Part shown: positions 24,914 through 33,800 of the stretch, piece after piece
Layout: each line of letters opens with the position of its first letter
How positions within the stretch are numbered: position 1 is the first letter of the stretch
Assembly (NCBI GenBank): GCA_964641715.1
Contig: CAZXMB010000003.1
Span: 1 to 38,735, forward strand
DNA from: an uncultured Syntrophaceae bacterium
Lineage (GTDB): Bacteria; Desulfobacterota; BSN033; UBA1163
DNA: 38,735 bases
Direction: 5' to 3'
Translations under genes and position numbers: made by a program
Notes under the pieces: generated by a model
Seen by the model: the letters and a program-made list of their open reading frames with translations, nothing else
What the model was told of the DNA's origin: nothing
Database searches by the model: none

Positions 24914-24990
24914 TTTATCCTTAAATATTTTGAACCCCAATTGAGTCAAATTGTTAAAGGAGGGAAATTGTTATCATCCCCCTTTCATAA

Positions 24991-26745
24991 TCAGTTCTTT
25001 TTACCCTTCAGTTCATCAATCTTCTTCTTCAGCCTCTCTACCTGATCGGGTTTCGGATCCAACTTCAAGGCCTTTTCATAAAGCTCCTTCGCCTTTTCCA
25101 TCCGGCTCAATCTGTAGTACCCATCGGCAAGATGTTCGGTGATGACCGGATCGTCCGGGGTCAATTGATTTGCCTTTTCAAGCTCGATAACCGCCTTTTC
25201 ATAATCTCCGAGCTTAAAGTAGACCCAACCCAGGCTATCCATGATATACCCCATATTGGGCTTTAAGGCCATTGCCTTTTGGATCAACTGCAAAGCGTCC
25301 TCCAGCTGGACGCCTCGATCCGCATAGGAGTAGCCTAAATAGTTAAGGGCATCGGCATGGTTGGGATTTATTCTTAAGACTTCCTTCATCTGAGAGACCA
25401 TTTTTTCGAAATCCCCTATTTTGTCATAGACCGCCCCTAATTGATAAAGGAGATCCACATGGTCCCTATTCTCAACCAACCCCTTCTTAAGGGTGTCCAG
25501 GGCCTTTTGGAATTGATCCTCTTTGTCAAAGATGGAGGCAAGGATGAGATAGAGGTCTGCATCCTTCGGCTTGGCCTGAATCGATTCCTCCATGAGCTGG
25601 ATTGCCTCTTTCACTTTGTTCTGTTTTCTGAAAATGAGAACCATACTCCTTCTCGAATCTGAAAAGAGGTCTGATTCGGTCGGGATCTTCTTAAATTCGA
25701 TGAGTGCCTGATCCAGAGCCTCCTTTTCCACATAGGCGGCTCCTAAATAGTACCTTACCCGATCGTCTTTGGGATGGGCCGCCAGGACAAAATTGAATTC
25801 TAAAATCGCCTGGTCAAGCTTTCCCTGTTCCATATAGATCAGACCGATCTTTGTACGGAGGTTGAGGTCTTCGGAGCCGGATTTCTGAAGTTCCCGGAAT
25901 TGATTGAGTGCCTCATCAAACTTCTTCTCCTTGATATAGATCTGTCCCAGCCGATTTCTCGCCTGTTTGTGATCCGGGTTGAGGGAGAGGATCTTTTGAT
26001 AAACTCCTGAGGCCTTTTCGATTTCGTTTTGAATCTCATAGACGATGCCCAGATCCATCAGGACGGAGATCATGTTGGGTTCGATGTCCAGGGTTTTCAA
26101 GAAGTATTCCTTTGCCTTTTCAAAGGATTTCGTCTCGGCATAAATTCTTCCAAGGTAGTAAAGGCCCATGGCGGAATCGGGTTCGATCTTAAGAAACTGC
26201 TGGAGGACCTCGATCGCCTTTTCATACTCCCTTCCATCCGCATAGAGGGAGCTCAGGTAGAGATAACTTTCCCGGTGGTCTGGAGCGATCGCCATGGCCT
26301 TTTTATAAGATTCGATGGCCAACGGATTTTTTCGAAGGGAGGAATAGATACCGCCCAACAGGAGGTGAGCATGGAGGTGATCCGGGTCCTGGAGCAGGGC
26401 GGTTTTGCACTCTTCGATAGCCTCATTGAGGAGTCCTTTATAGATATAGAGGGAAGCCAATTCCACATGGAGGGAGGGTTCTTTTTCGTCGCTGAGGATC
26501 GCCTCTTTGAGCTCTTGAATGGCCTCGTCGAGTTTTCCTTCCCTTAATTTGAGCTGAGAGAGGAGGAAATGGTAATAAGCAAGCGGCTTTGGAGAAGTCC
26601 CCTTCGAAGGGGCCTGGATCTTCGCCTGAGCAGGTTGAGGGGAAGGGGTCCCTCCTTCCGAGAAGATTTGTTTTCCCGTGCAGGCCCCGGAGAAAAATAA
26701 GAGAGACAGAAAAACAACAGGGACTTTTGTCAGGCAGGGGTTCAT
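24991..26745 (-). CDS. TPR-repeat protein, probable exported protein or lipoprotein
   Basis: Signal sequence ending FFSGAC, then more than 12 tandem 34-aa TPR units (recurrent A..Y.KAL..DP pattern). Confidence 0.85.
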   Translation of the reverse strand: MNPCLTKVPVVFLSLLFFSGACTGKQIFSEGGTPSPQPAQAKIQAPSKGTSPKPLAYYHFLLSQLKLREGKLDEAIQELKEAILSDEKEPSLHVELASLYIYKGLLNEAIEECKTALLQDPDHLHAHLLLGGIYSSLRKNPLAIESYKKAMAIAPDHRESYLYLSSLYADGREYEKAIEVLQQFLKIEPDSAMGLYYLGRIYAETKSFEKAKEYFLKTLDIEPNMISVLMDLGIVYEIQNEIEKASGVYQKILSLNPDHKQARNRLGQIYIKEKKFDEALNQFRELQKSGSEDLNLRTKIGLIYMEQGKLDQAILEFNFVLAAHPKDDRVRYYLGAAYVEKEALDQALIEFKKIPTESDLFSDSRRSMVLIFRKQNKVKEAIQLMEESIQAKPKDADLYLILASIFDKEDQFQKALDTLKKGLVENRDHVDLLYQLGAVYDKIGDFEKMVSQMKEVLRINPNHADALNYLGYSYADRGVQLEDALQLIQKAMALKPNMGYIMDSLGWVYFKLGDYEKAVIELEKANQLTPDDPVITEHLADGYYRLSRMEKAKELYEKALKLDPKPDQVERLKKKIDELKGKKN

Positions 26746-26776
26746 TATTTTTAGATAACAGACTTTCCCGTTAAAG

Positions 26777-27502
26777 TCAAAGCACAGAATTTTCCTTTAA
26801 GAGGCTCTCTAAGATATCGGGTTTGATATTTCCCTCGATGACCTTTCCGTTCTGGAAGATGATCGTGGGTGTGGAATCGATCATCAGAATTTTTGCCAGT
26901 TCCATGTTTTTATCAATGACCGCTGTATTGCAGTCAGGGGATTTTGTCTCCATTCCCTGATAGGCTTCCTCGAGGGCCCTGAGTTTATCTTTCGAGCACC
27001 AGATGGCTTTTGACTTTCTGTAGGAATTGAGATTGAACGGATAGAGGAATAGAAATGCCTGAATATCTTTTGTCGCTTTAAGTTCCTCATGGAGCTGAAA
27101 GCAGAAATGGCAATCCGGATTGGTAAAAATATAGAGCTTCCGTTTTCCATTTCCCATGGAAATGGCATTCTCGAGGGGAAGACGGGGGATCTCCACCCGT
27201 CTCAGCTCTTTCAGCCTCTCTCGGGTGAGATTTCTTTTGATCTGGCGGTCCAATAACTGGCCATGGATGATGTACCTTGAATTTTTATGGATATAAACGA
27301 TCAATCTTTCAGGGCCTGTCTCATAGGCTACCTCCCAGAAGTCATCGATCGGGGATTGCCGTATTTCGAGGATTTTAAAATCCTCCCGGATCAGCTCCTT
27401 CAATATACCTGTAGCCTCCTCTTTTGTAAGTCCAAAGGAGAAGGCGGAGAAAGAGAGGGTCAGAAACAAGGATAGGCAGGCGATCAGGGTTAATCTTTTC
27501 AT
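26777..27502 (-). CDS. DsbC/DsbG-like periplasmic thiol:disulfide isomerase
   Basis: ORF 26777..27556; the likely start is MKRLTLIACLSL (27502). Thioredoxin-fold motif FTNPDCHFCFQLHEEL and the cis-Pro region DSTPTIIF. Confidence 0.75.
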   Translation of the reverse strand: MKRLTLIACLSLFLTLSFSAFSFGLTKEEATGILKELIREDFKILEIRQSPIDDFWEVAYETGPERLIVYIHKNSRYIIHGQLLDRQIKRNLTRERLKELRRVEIPRLPLENAISMGNGKRKLYIFTNPDCHFCFQLHEELKATKDIQAFLFLYPFNLNSYRKSKAIWCSKDKLRALEEAYQGMETKSPDCNTAVIDKNMELAKILMIDSTPTIIFQNGKVIEGNIKPDILESLLKENSVL

Positions 27503-27739
27503 TTCAGCTCTCTTAAAAATATAGAAAAATCTTAACATATTGAGGCCGAAATTCAAACCCGCAATCGGGATGATTTCGAGGTCTGGTTTTAGAAGTGGGC
27601 ATAGGTTACAGGTTAGGGCATGGCAAATTTAATCAGCGAATCACAGGGGGTTACAGGGGAGGAGAAATTAAACTTGAAAACTTAAATTTGAATCGATTAA
27701 TATTTGTATATTTCCGATTTTTGAAGGGTAAATTTTAGA

Positions 27740-30700
27740 ATGATGAAGAAACTCTACCTGGGAATGGACATTGGTTCGGTCAGTGCCAATACCGTGATCA
27801 TGAACGATCAGGGAGAAGTGCTGGAAGAGCATTACACGCGGATCAAAGGTCAGCCTCTTCAGACGGTCCAGAGGATCCTGGAAGAAATCCTCAGCAGGAT
27901 TCCACCTGATCAATTTCACTCCCTCTCTTTTACAGGGGTAGGAGGAAAACTGATCTCCGATCTTTTGGACGGAAATTTTATCAATGAGATCATTGCCCAG
28001 GCAAAGGCGGTCCAATCTCTTTATCCCAAGATCCGAACGATCATCGATATCGGAGGAGAGGATTCCAAACTGATCTTCCTCGAAGAGGAGAATGGTCATC
28101 TTAAGATCAGCGATTTCTCGATGAATACCCTCTGTGCAGCCGGCACCGGCTCCTTTTTGGATCAGCAAGCCAGCCGATTGGGTCTGACCATTGAGGAGTT
28201 TGGCCAGCTTGCCCTCCGGTCCAAGAACCCGCCCCGTATTGCAGGGCGATGCAGTGTCTTTGCGAAATCGGACATGATTCACCTTCAACAGATCGCCACA
28301 CCGGATTACGATATCGTTGCCGGTCTTTGTTTCGCCCTTGCCAGAAATTTTAAGAGCAATATCGGGAAGGGGAAAGTCTTTGTCAAACCCATTTCCTTTC
28401 AAGGGGGAGTGGCAGCGAATGTGGGGATGAGAAAGGCATTCCAGGAGGTCCTGGAGCTTTCAGATGGTGAGCTTACCATTCCGGAACATTTTGCCTCTAT
28501 GGGAGCCATCGGTGCCGTGATGGTGTCCAGGGAGAGCAAAGAGATCAAGACCATCCGGAGATTGGATCTCACCCCGCTGAAGGATTACCTTCAACATCAT
28601 CAGGAGAGAGAAAGGCCGCTCAAACAACTCTGTCTCTCTTCAAATCACTTATCACCCTCACCCCTACCCTCTCTCATAAAGGAAGAGGGGGTAAGAAGTG
28701 ATTTTCCCATCAAAGGAGAGGTGGGAGAAAGGGTCTCTTCCAATAAGGGAGGGGGTGAAAAATCGGGAAAGATCGAGGCCTACCTTGGCCTGGATGTCGG
28801 TTCCATTAGCACCAACCTCGTGGTGATTGGTAAGGATAAAAAAGTCCTTTCAAAACGTTATCTCATGACGGCCGGTAGACCCATCGAAGCCGTTCGCACA
28901 GGTCTCCAGGAAATCGGTGAGGAAATCGGAAACCGTGTGGAGATCAAAGGGGTGGGGACCACGGGTTCCGGCCGCTACCTCACTGCCGATTTTGTAGGTG
29001 CGGATTTGGTCCGAAATGAGATCACGGCACAGGCAACCGCCGCAGTCGAGATTGATCCCGGTGTGGATACGATCTTTGAGATCGGTGGCCAGGATTCCAA
29101 GTATATCAGCCTCGACAGCGGTGTGGTCATCGATTTTGAAATGAACAAGGTCTGTGCCGCCGGGACAGGCTCTTTTTTAGAGGAGCAGGCGGAGAAACTC
29201 GATATCTCCATCAAAGAGGAATTCGGATCCCTTGCCCTCTCTTCGGAGAAACCGGTCAGGATGGGTGAACGATGTACGGTCTTCATCGAATCTGATCTGG
29301 TCCATCACCAGCAGAGAGGTGCGAGAAAGGACGATCTGGTTGCGGGCCTGAGTTATTCCATCGTCCAAAATTATCTCAACCGGGTGGTGGGAGACCGCCG
29401 TATCGGGAACCGGATCTTTTTCCAGGGGGGAACAGCCTTCAATAAAGGGGTGGTGGCGGCCTTCGAAAGCGTTCTCGGAAAAGAGGTGGTCGTCCCTGAA
29501 AATCATGATGTGACAGGAGCGATTGGCGTCGCCATCCTGGCCATGGAAGAACGGACCTGGGAACGATCGAGTTTCAAGGGATTTGATCTCAGCCACCGCC
29601 GCTATGAACATTCCTCCTTTGAATGCAAGGGTTGTCCCAATCTCTGCCTCATCCGAAAGGTGAGCGTTGAAGGGGAGAAACCTCTCTTTTATGGAAGCCG
29701 ATGCGAGAAGTATGATGTCATTAAAAGGACAAAAGGCTCGGACCTACCCGACCTTTTCGGGGAGAGAGAGAAGATGCTCTTCGCCCCTTATGGCGGAGAG
29801 GAGCATCTTTCTGTCCATGCTCCGGAGATTGGTATTCCCGGAATTCTTTTTTTCCACGAGATGTTTCCTTTCTGGAAGGCCTTCTTTACCGAATTGGGGT
29901 ATCGGGTGGTTCTTTCCGATCCCACCCATAAGGAGCTGATTCGAAAAGGAGTGGAGAATGTCGTTGCAGAGACCTGTTTTCCGATCAAGGTGAGTCATGG
30001 ACATGTCCTGAACCTGCTGGAGAAGGGGGTCAAGAAAATTTTTCTGCCGAGTATCGTGAACCTCAAATCCTCCCATCCGGAGATCCCCACGAATACCGCT
30101 TGCCCTTATGCCCAGGCCTTTCCTTATGCGGTCCATTCCTCCATCGATTTTAAAAAGGACGGAGCGGAGATCCTGCAACCCATCCTCCATTTTGGTTTTG
30201 GAAGAAATACCCTGGAGAAGGAACTGATCGATTTTGGAGGATCCCTCCGCAGGGGATCGAAGCGTGTAAGGATGGCCCTTGAAAAGGCTGAAAAATTTCA
30301 GGCTCTATTCTACCAATCCCTCCTCAACCGGGGAAAGGAGATTCTGGATCGGATCGGACGAAACGAGAAGGCCATGGTCATTGTGGGAAGACCTTACAAT
30401 TCCTGCGATTCAGGAGTCAACCTCGAGATTCCAAAGAAACTGAGGGACCTGGGAGTTCTTGCCATTCCCATGGATTTTCTGCCCCTGGAATCGGTCAAAC
30501 CTACTTCCGAGATCCGGGAGATGTACTGGAGGTACGGTCAGAGGATACTCTCGGCAGGGAAGATTATCAATGAGGACCCCAGGCTTTATGCAGTCTATAT
30601 CACCAATTTCGGGTGCGGTCCGGATTCCTTCATCAGCCACTTCTTCAGGGATCTCTCCAAGGAGAAACCCTACCTTCAGCTGGAGATTGACGAACATAGC

Positions 30701-32005
30701 GCAGATGCAGGAGCCATTACGCGATGCGAGGCCTTTTTGGATAGCCTGAAGAATGTCAAGGCCACAACAGTTCCTTTTTTTGAAAAAGAGAAGCCGAAGA
30801 CCGACCGGACCAAGAAAATCTACATCCCCTATATGTGTGACCATTCCTTTGCAGTGGCTTCTGCGTTTCAGGCCTGCGGGGTGGAGGCGGACGTCTTTCC
30901 TGAATCGGATGAGGAGACGCTCTACTGGGGAAGAAAGCTCACCTCCGGAAAAGAGTGTTATCCCTGCATCCTGACCACAGGGGATATGGTGAAGCTTCTC
31001 AAGGACCCCAATTTCGATCACCAAAGAGCCGCCTTCTTCATGCCCTCTGGAAACGGTCCCTGTCGTTTCGGACAGTATCATCGCTTTCACCGTCTCGTTC
31101 TGGATGATCTGGGTTTTAAACATGTCCCCATCTATTCACCCAATCAGGACGAGACCCTTTATAGCGATTTGGGGATCATAGGTTCACAATTTACCCGGCT
31201 GGGATGGCAGGGGATTGTGGCGGTCGATCTTTTAATGAAGAAACTTCTCGAGACCCGCCCCTATGAGAAGAGAAAAGGAGAGGCCGACCGGGTTTATCAA
31301 AGGGCATTGAAAGGGATTTGCGAGACGATCCGGCATGGAGGGGAGCTTGATAAGGCTCTTGAGGAGGGCCTGAAGGAGTTTAACCGGATCGAGGTGGAGG
31401 GGCTCAGGAGCAAGCCCCTGATCGGAATTGTGGGAGAGATCTTTGTCCGGCTCAATCGATTTGCCAATGAGGATGTCATCCGGAAGATTGAACGGTTTGG
31501 GGGGGAGGCATGGATTGCACCCCTTACCGAGTGGATTCTTTATGTCAATACCATCTCCAAGGAAAGAAGTCTCAGGAAGAAGTCCTTTTCGAACCTCCTG
31601 AAGGTGTTTCTCACAGACTACTATCAGAAAAAGGATGAGCACCGTCTGGAAAGGATCTTTAAGGGCTCTCTCAGGAACCCCGGAGAACCCGGAACAAAAA
31701 CGATCTTTAAGAAAGCCAGACCCTATCTCGATTCATCCTTTGAGGGGGAAGCCATCCTTTCAGTTGGGAAGACGATCGACTTTGCCGGAAGAGGGGCAAG
31801 CGGGATCGTCAATATCATGCCCTTTACCTGTATGCCCGGTACGGTTGTCAGCGCCCTTCTAAAGAGATACCGGGAAGAACATAATAACATTCCCATCCTC
31901 AACATGGCCTACGATGGACAGGAACAGACTAACACACTGACCCGCCTTGAGGCCTTCATGCATCAGGCCAAAGAGTTTCATAATAGAAACTCAAAAAGAC
32001 CCTAA
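27740..32005 (+). CDS. Fusion protein: two BcrAD/BadFG (HgdC-type) activase ATPase modules plus a 2-hydroxyacyl-CoA dehydratase-like (DUF2229/HgdAB-like) region
   Basis: Module 1: LGMDIGSVSAN, LCAAGTGSFLDQQA, CSVFAKSD. Module 2: LGLDVGSISTN, VCAAGTGSFLEEQA, CTVFIESD. Then the Cys motif CKGCPNLC..C, then about 750 aa with ETCFPIK, NFGCGPD and MPFTCMPG blocks. Confidence 0.85.
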   Translation: MMKKLYLGMDIGSVSANTVIMNDQGEVLEEHYTRIKGQPLQTVQRILEEILSRIPPDQFHSLSFTGVGGKLISDLLDGNFINEIIAQAKAVQSLYPKIRTIIDIGGEDSKLIFLEEENGHLKISDFSMNTLCAAGTGSFLDQQASRLGLTIEEFGQLALRSKNPPRIAGRCSVFAKSDMIHLQQIATPDYDIVAGLCFALARNFKSNIGKGKVFVKPISFQGGVAANVGMRKAFQEVLELSDGELTIPEHFASMGAIGAVMVSRESKEIKTIRRLDLTPLKDYLQHHQERERPLKQLCLSSNHLSPSPLPSLIKEEGVRSDFPIKGEVGERVSSNKGGGEKSGKIEAYLGLDVGSISTNLVVIGKDKKVLSKRYLMTAGRPIEAVRTGLQEIGEEIGNRVEIKGVGTTGSGRYLTADFVGADLVRNEITAQATAAVEIDPGVDTIFEIGGQDSKYISLDSGVVIDFEMNKVCAAGTGSFLEEQAEKLDISIKEEFGSLALSSEKPVRMGERCTVFIESDLVHHQQRGARKDDLVAGLSYSIVQNYLNRVVGDRRIGNRIFFQGGTAFNKGVVAAFESVLGKEVVVPENHDVTGAIGVAILAMEERTWERSSFKGFDLSHRRYEHSSFECKGCPNLCLIRKVSVEGEKPLFYGSRCEKYDVIKRTKGSDLPDLFGEREKMLFAPYGGEEHLSVHAPEIGIPGILFFHEMFPFWKAFFTELGYRVVLSDPTHKELIRKGVENVVAETCFPIKVSHGHVLNLLEKGVKKIFLPSIVNLKSSHPEIPTNTACPYAQAFPYAVHSSIDFKKDGAEILQPILHFGFGRNTLEKELIDFGGSLRRGSKRVRMALEKAEKFQALFYQSLLNRGKEILDRIGRNEKAMVIVGRPYNSCDSGVNLEIPKKLRDLGVLAIPMDFLPLESVKPTSEIREMYWRYGQRILSAGKIINEDPRLYAVYITNFGCGPDSFISHFFRDLSKEKPYLQLEIDEHSADAGAITRCEAFLDSLKNVKATTVPFFEKEKPKTDRTKKIYIPYMCDHSFAVASAFQACGVEADVFPESDEETLYWGRKLTSGKECYPCILTTGDMVKLLKDPNFDHQRAAFFMPSGNGPCRFGQYHRFHRLVLDDLGFKHVPIYSPNQDETLYSDLGIIGSQFTRLGWQGIVAVDLLMKKLLETRPYEKRKGEADRVYQRALKGICETIRHGGELDKALEEGLKEFNRIEVEGLRSKPLIGIVGEIFVRLNRFANEDVIRKIERFGGEAWIAPLTEWILYVNTISKERSLRKKSFSNLLKVFLTDYYQKKDEHRLERIFKGSLRNPGEPGTKTIFKKARPYLDSSFEGEAILSVGKTIDFAGRGASGIVNIMPFTCMPGTVVSALLKRYREEHNNIPILNMAYDGQEQTNTLTRLEAFMHQAKEFHNRNSKRP
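28642..28704. repeat. 63-nt palindromic element lying in frame in the inter-ATPase linker
   Basis: The outer 9-bp arms AAATCACTT/AAGTGATTT pair (28642-50 with 28696-704). The inner 10-bp stem is TACCCTCTCT/AGAGGGGGTA (one G-U pair). Length is 21 codons. It encodes the low-complexity stretch NHLSPSPLPSLIKEEGVRSDF. Confidence 0.55.
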
Positions 32006-32065
32006 CAGGTTAAATTAAAAGAAAAATTTTTTTCATAAGACTTTGTTAAAAAAATCACCTTTCTA

Positions 32066-32094
32066 TTGAAATTCCTATTTTCAAGTGATATAAG
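32066..32094 (+). promoter_or_regulatory. Sigma70-like promoter upstream of oadG (TTGAAA-N17-TATAAG)
   Basis: Hexamers and 17-nt spacing read directly; 37 nt upstream of ATG 32131. Confidence 0.4.
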
Positions 32095-32130
32095 AAAAAG
32101 GTTTTTATTTCGATTGAGGAGGATTTCTGT

Positions 32131-32265
32131 ATGGACAATTGGACATTCGGGGTCACCATGGTTGTCGTTGGAATGGGAGGAACCCTCTTAACCCTTTGGA
32201 TATTGAGTCTTATCATGAGCGCTCTCGAGAAGCTCTTCCCTTTTAAAAAGGAAGAGGGTAAATAG
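32131..32265 (+). CDS. oadG: Na+-translocating decarboxylase gamma subunit (OadG-like), 44 aa; below the ORF-track size cut-off
   Basis: MDNWTFGVTMVVVGMGGTLLTLWILSLIMSALEKLFPFKKEEGK: a single TM helix with the GMG.. pattern of OadG. GAGGAGG RBS. Sits directly upstream of the beta subunit. Confidence 0.65.
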   Translation: MDNWTFGVTMVVVGMGGTLLTLWILSLIMSALEKLFPFKKEEGK

Positions 32266-32289
32266 GTTTATTGAAGGAGGAATGGAGAC

Positions 32290-33429
32290 ATGTTAGATGC
32301 GATTCAAGGCGGGTTGACCGGACTGATTGCAGGATTTTTACATCTCCACTGGTCTAATCCGGTCATGATTGTCGTTGGTTTGATTCTTCTCTACCTTGGG
32401 ATTAAGAAGGATGTTGAACCTGTCCTCCTTATCCCTATTGGATTTGGATGCATCCTGGTGAATATTCCTTTGGCCGGGCTTATGGAGAAAGAGGGCTTCC
32501 TGAGGATCATCTATGAGGCAGGGATCGTGACAGAGCTTTTCCCGCTTCTCATCTTCGTGGGAATCGGAGCGATGACCGATTTCGGTCCCCTGCTTGAGAA
32601 CCCGAAGATCTTTCTTCTCGGGGCTGCAGGACAGTTCGGGATCTTCTTAACCCTGGCCTTGGCTTTAGTCCTGGGTTTTTCTAAATTGGAGGCCGTCTCC
32701 ATCGGGATCATCGGTGCCTGTGATGGTCCTACCGCCATTTACGTCACTTCTCAATATGCCCCTCAGCTCCTGGGAGCTGTTTCTGTGGCTGCCTATTGTT
32801 ATATGTCCCTTGTCCCGTTGATTCAACCTCCTATCATGAGGGCGTTGACGACCAAAGAAGAAAAGGTGATCAATATGGGAACGGCGAAGAAACCCGTTTC
32901 AAAGACAACCAAACTTCTTTTTCCTCTGGTGGTTACCGTATTCGGGGGTCTCATCGCACCCAAGGGGTTACCCCTGCTGGGAACGATCATGCTCGGGAAT
33001 CTGATGAAGGAATGCGGAGTGGTAAGCCGGCTTACCCGGGCATCCGAAAATGAGATTGCCAATATCGTGACCCTACTTCTGGGAATCTCCATCGGAGCAA
33101 CGATGGATGGAAGGGTCTTCTTGACGCCTCAGACTCTCATCATCCTGGTCCTCGGTTTTGTGGCCATCTGTCTGGATACTGCCTGTGGCATCCTTTTCGG
33201 GAAGGTACTGAAGGTGGTGACCGGCGGGAAGGTCAACCCCCTTATCGGTGCCGCGGGTATCTCCGCCTATCCCATGTCCGCACGGGTGGTTCAGAAGGAG
33301 GGACAGAAATACAATAAAAAGAATTACCTCCTCATGCATGCCATGGGAGCCAACACCGGTGGACAGGTCGGCTCGGTCATGGCCGCCGCTGTCATGCTTT
33401 CAATCCTGAAAGGGATGGGAGTAATTTAA
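32290..33429 (+). CDS. oadB: Na+-translocating oxaloacetate/methylmalonyl-CoA/glutaconyl-CoA decarboxylase beta subunit
   Basis: 379-aa polytopic protein. EPVLLIPIGFG, IGACDGPTAIY, AAGISAYPMSARV and GANTGGQ are typical OadB/GcdB/MmdB blocks. Confidence 0.9.
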   Translation: MLDAIQGGLTGLIAGFLHLHWSNPVMIVVGLILLYLGIKKDVEPVLLIPIGFGCILVNIPLAGLMEKEGFLRIIYEAGIVTELFPLLIFVGIGAMTDFGPLLENPKIFLLGAAGQFGIFLTLALALVLGFSKLEAVSIGIIGACDGPTAIYVTSQYAPQLLGAVSVAAYCYMSLVPLIQPPIMRALTTKEEKVINMGTAKKPVSKTTKLLFPLVVTVFGGLIAPKGLPLLGTIMLGNLMKECGVVSRLTRASENEIANIVTLLLGISIGATMDGRVFLTPQTLIILVLGFVAICLDTACGILFGKVLKVVTGGKVNPLIGAAGISAYPMSARVVQKEGQKYNKKNYLLMHAMGANTGGQVGSVMAAAVMLSILKGMGVI

Positions 33430-33549
33430 TCCAATCGTTCTTCAGGGGCGGCACCAGAATCGCCCCCCGCTTCCTCAATCGCCGCCTGAAATGCCTCATT
33501 GATCCAGTTGAATGAGGCGACCATTTTCGATTTCTTTCACCAATTTGAA

Positions 33550-33688
33550 CCCAAATTCCGATTTAGAAATTGTCATTGCGAGGGAACCGAAGCAATCACG
33601 CCATTTCCAATGAGATTGCCACGCACCTTGCAGGTGCTCGCAATGACCGGATGGGAAAAGGGTTTCGGTTTCTAAATCGGAATTTGGG
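33550..33688. repeat. 139-nt compound palindromic element (GTCATTGCGAG family)
   Basis: Perfect 20-bp terminal inverted repeat CCCAAATTCCGATTTAGAAA / TTTCTAAATCGGAATTTGGG, plus an inner inverted repeat GTCATTGCGAG / CTCGCAATGAC. Confidence 0.7.
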
Positions 33689-33701
33689 CGAGTACATTTG
33701 C

Positions 33702-33730
33702 TTGAAATTTCTTCTTGTATAGGATAATAT
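33702..33730 (+). promoter_or_regulatory. Sigma70-like promoter upstream of terC (TTGAAA-N17-TAATAT)
   Basis: Hexamers and spacing read directly; 71 nt upstream of ATG 33801. Confidence 0.4.
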
Positions 33731-33800
33731 AAGTTTGTTTTTACAATATTTACTTAACAACCTAAGACAACAATGGGAAGATCCATAAGCGGGGGACCGA

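Noticed and set aside
27605-27655. Direct repeat GGTTACAGG x2 in the dsbC-like/activase divergent promoter region.
   Set aside because: A 9-mer repeated once could be chance. It has no recognisable regulator-site architecture.
33430-33545. Minus-strand mini-ORF (MVASFNWINEAFQAAIEEAGGDSGAAPEERLD, 32 aa) and the adjacent KEIENGRLIQLDQ frame, downstream of oadB.
   Set aside because: Too short, with no RBS. The sequence coincides with two hairpins (GGGGCG..CGCCCC and GCCTCATT..AATGAGGC) that are better explained as a terminator or repeat structure. It could be a gene fragment, but that is not supportable.
33690-33800. Possible yybP-ykoY (Mn) riboswitch upstream of the TerC-family gene.
   Set aside because: That riboswitch often precedes TerC/Alx genes. 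However, the roughly 100-nt AT-rich leader shows none of the conserved GGGGAGUAG / CUUGACA-type segments I can recall. It only fits a promoter plus a short UTR.
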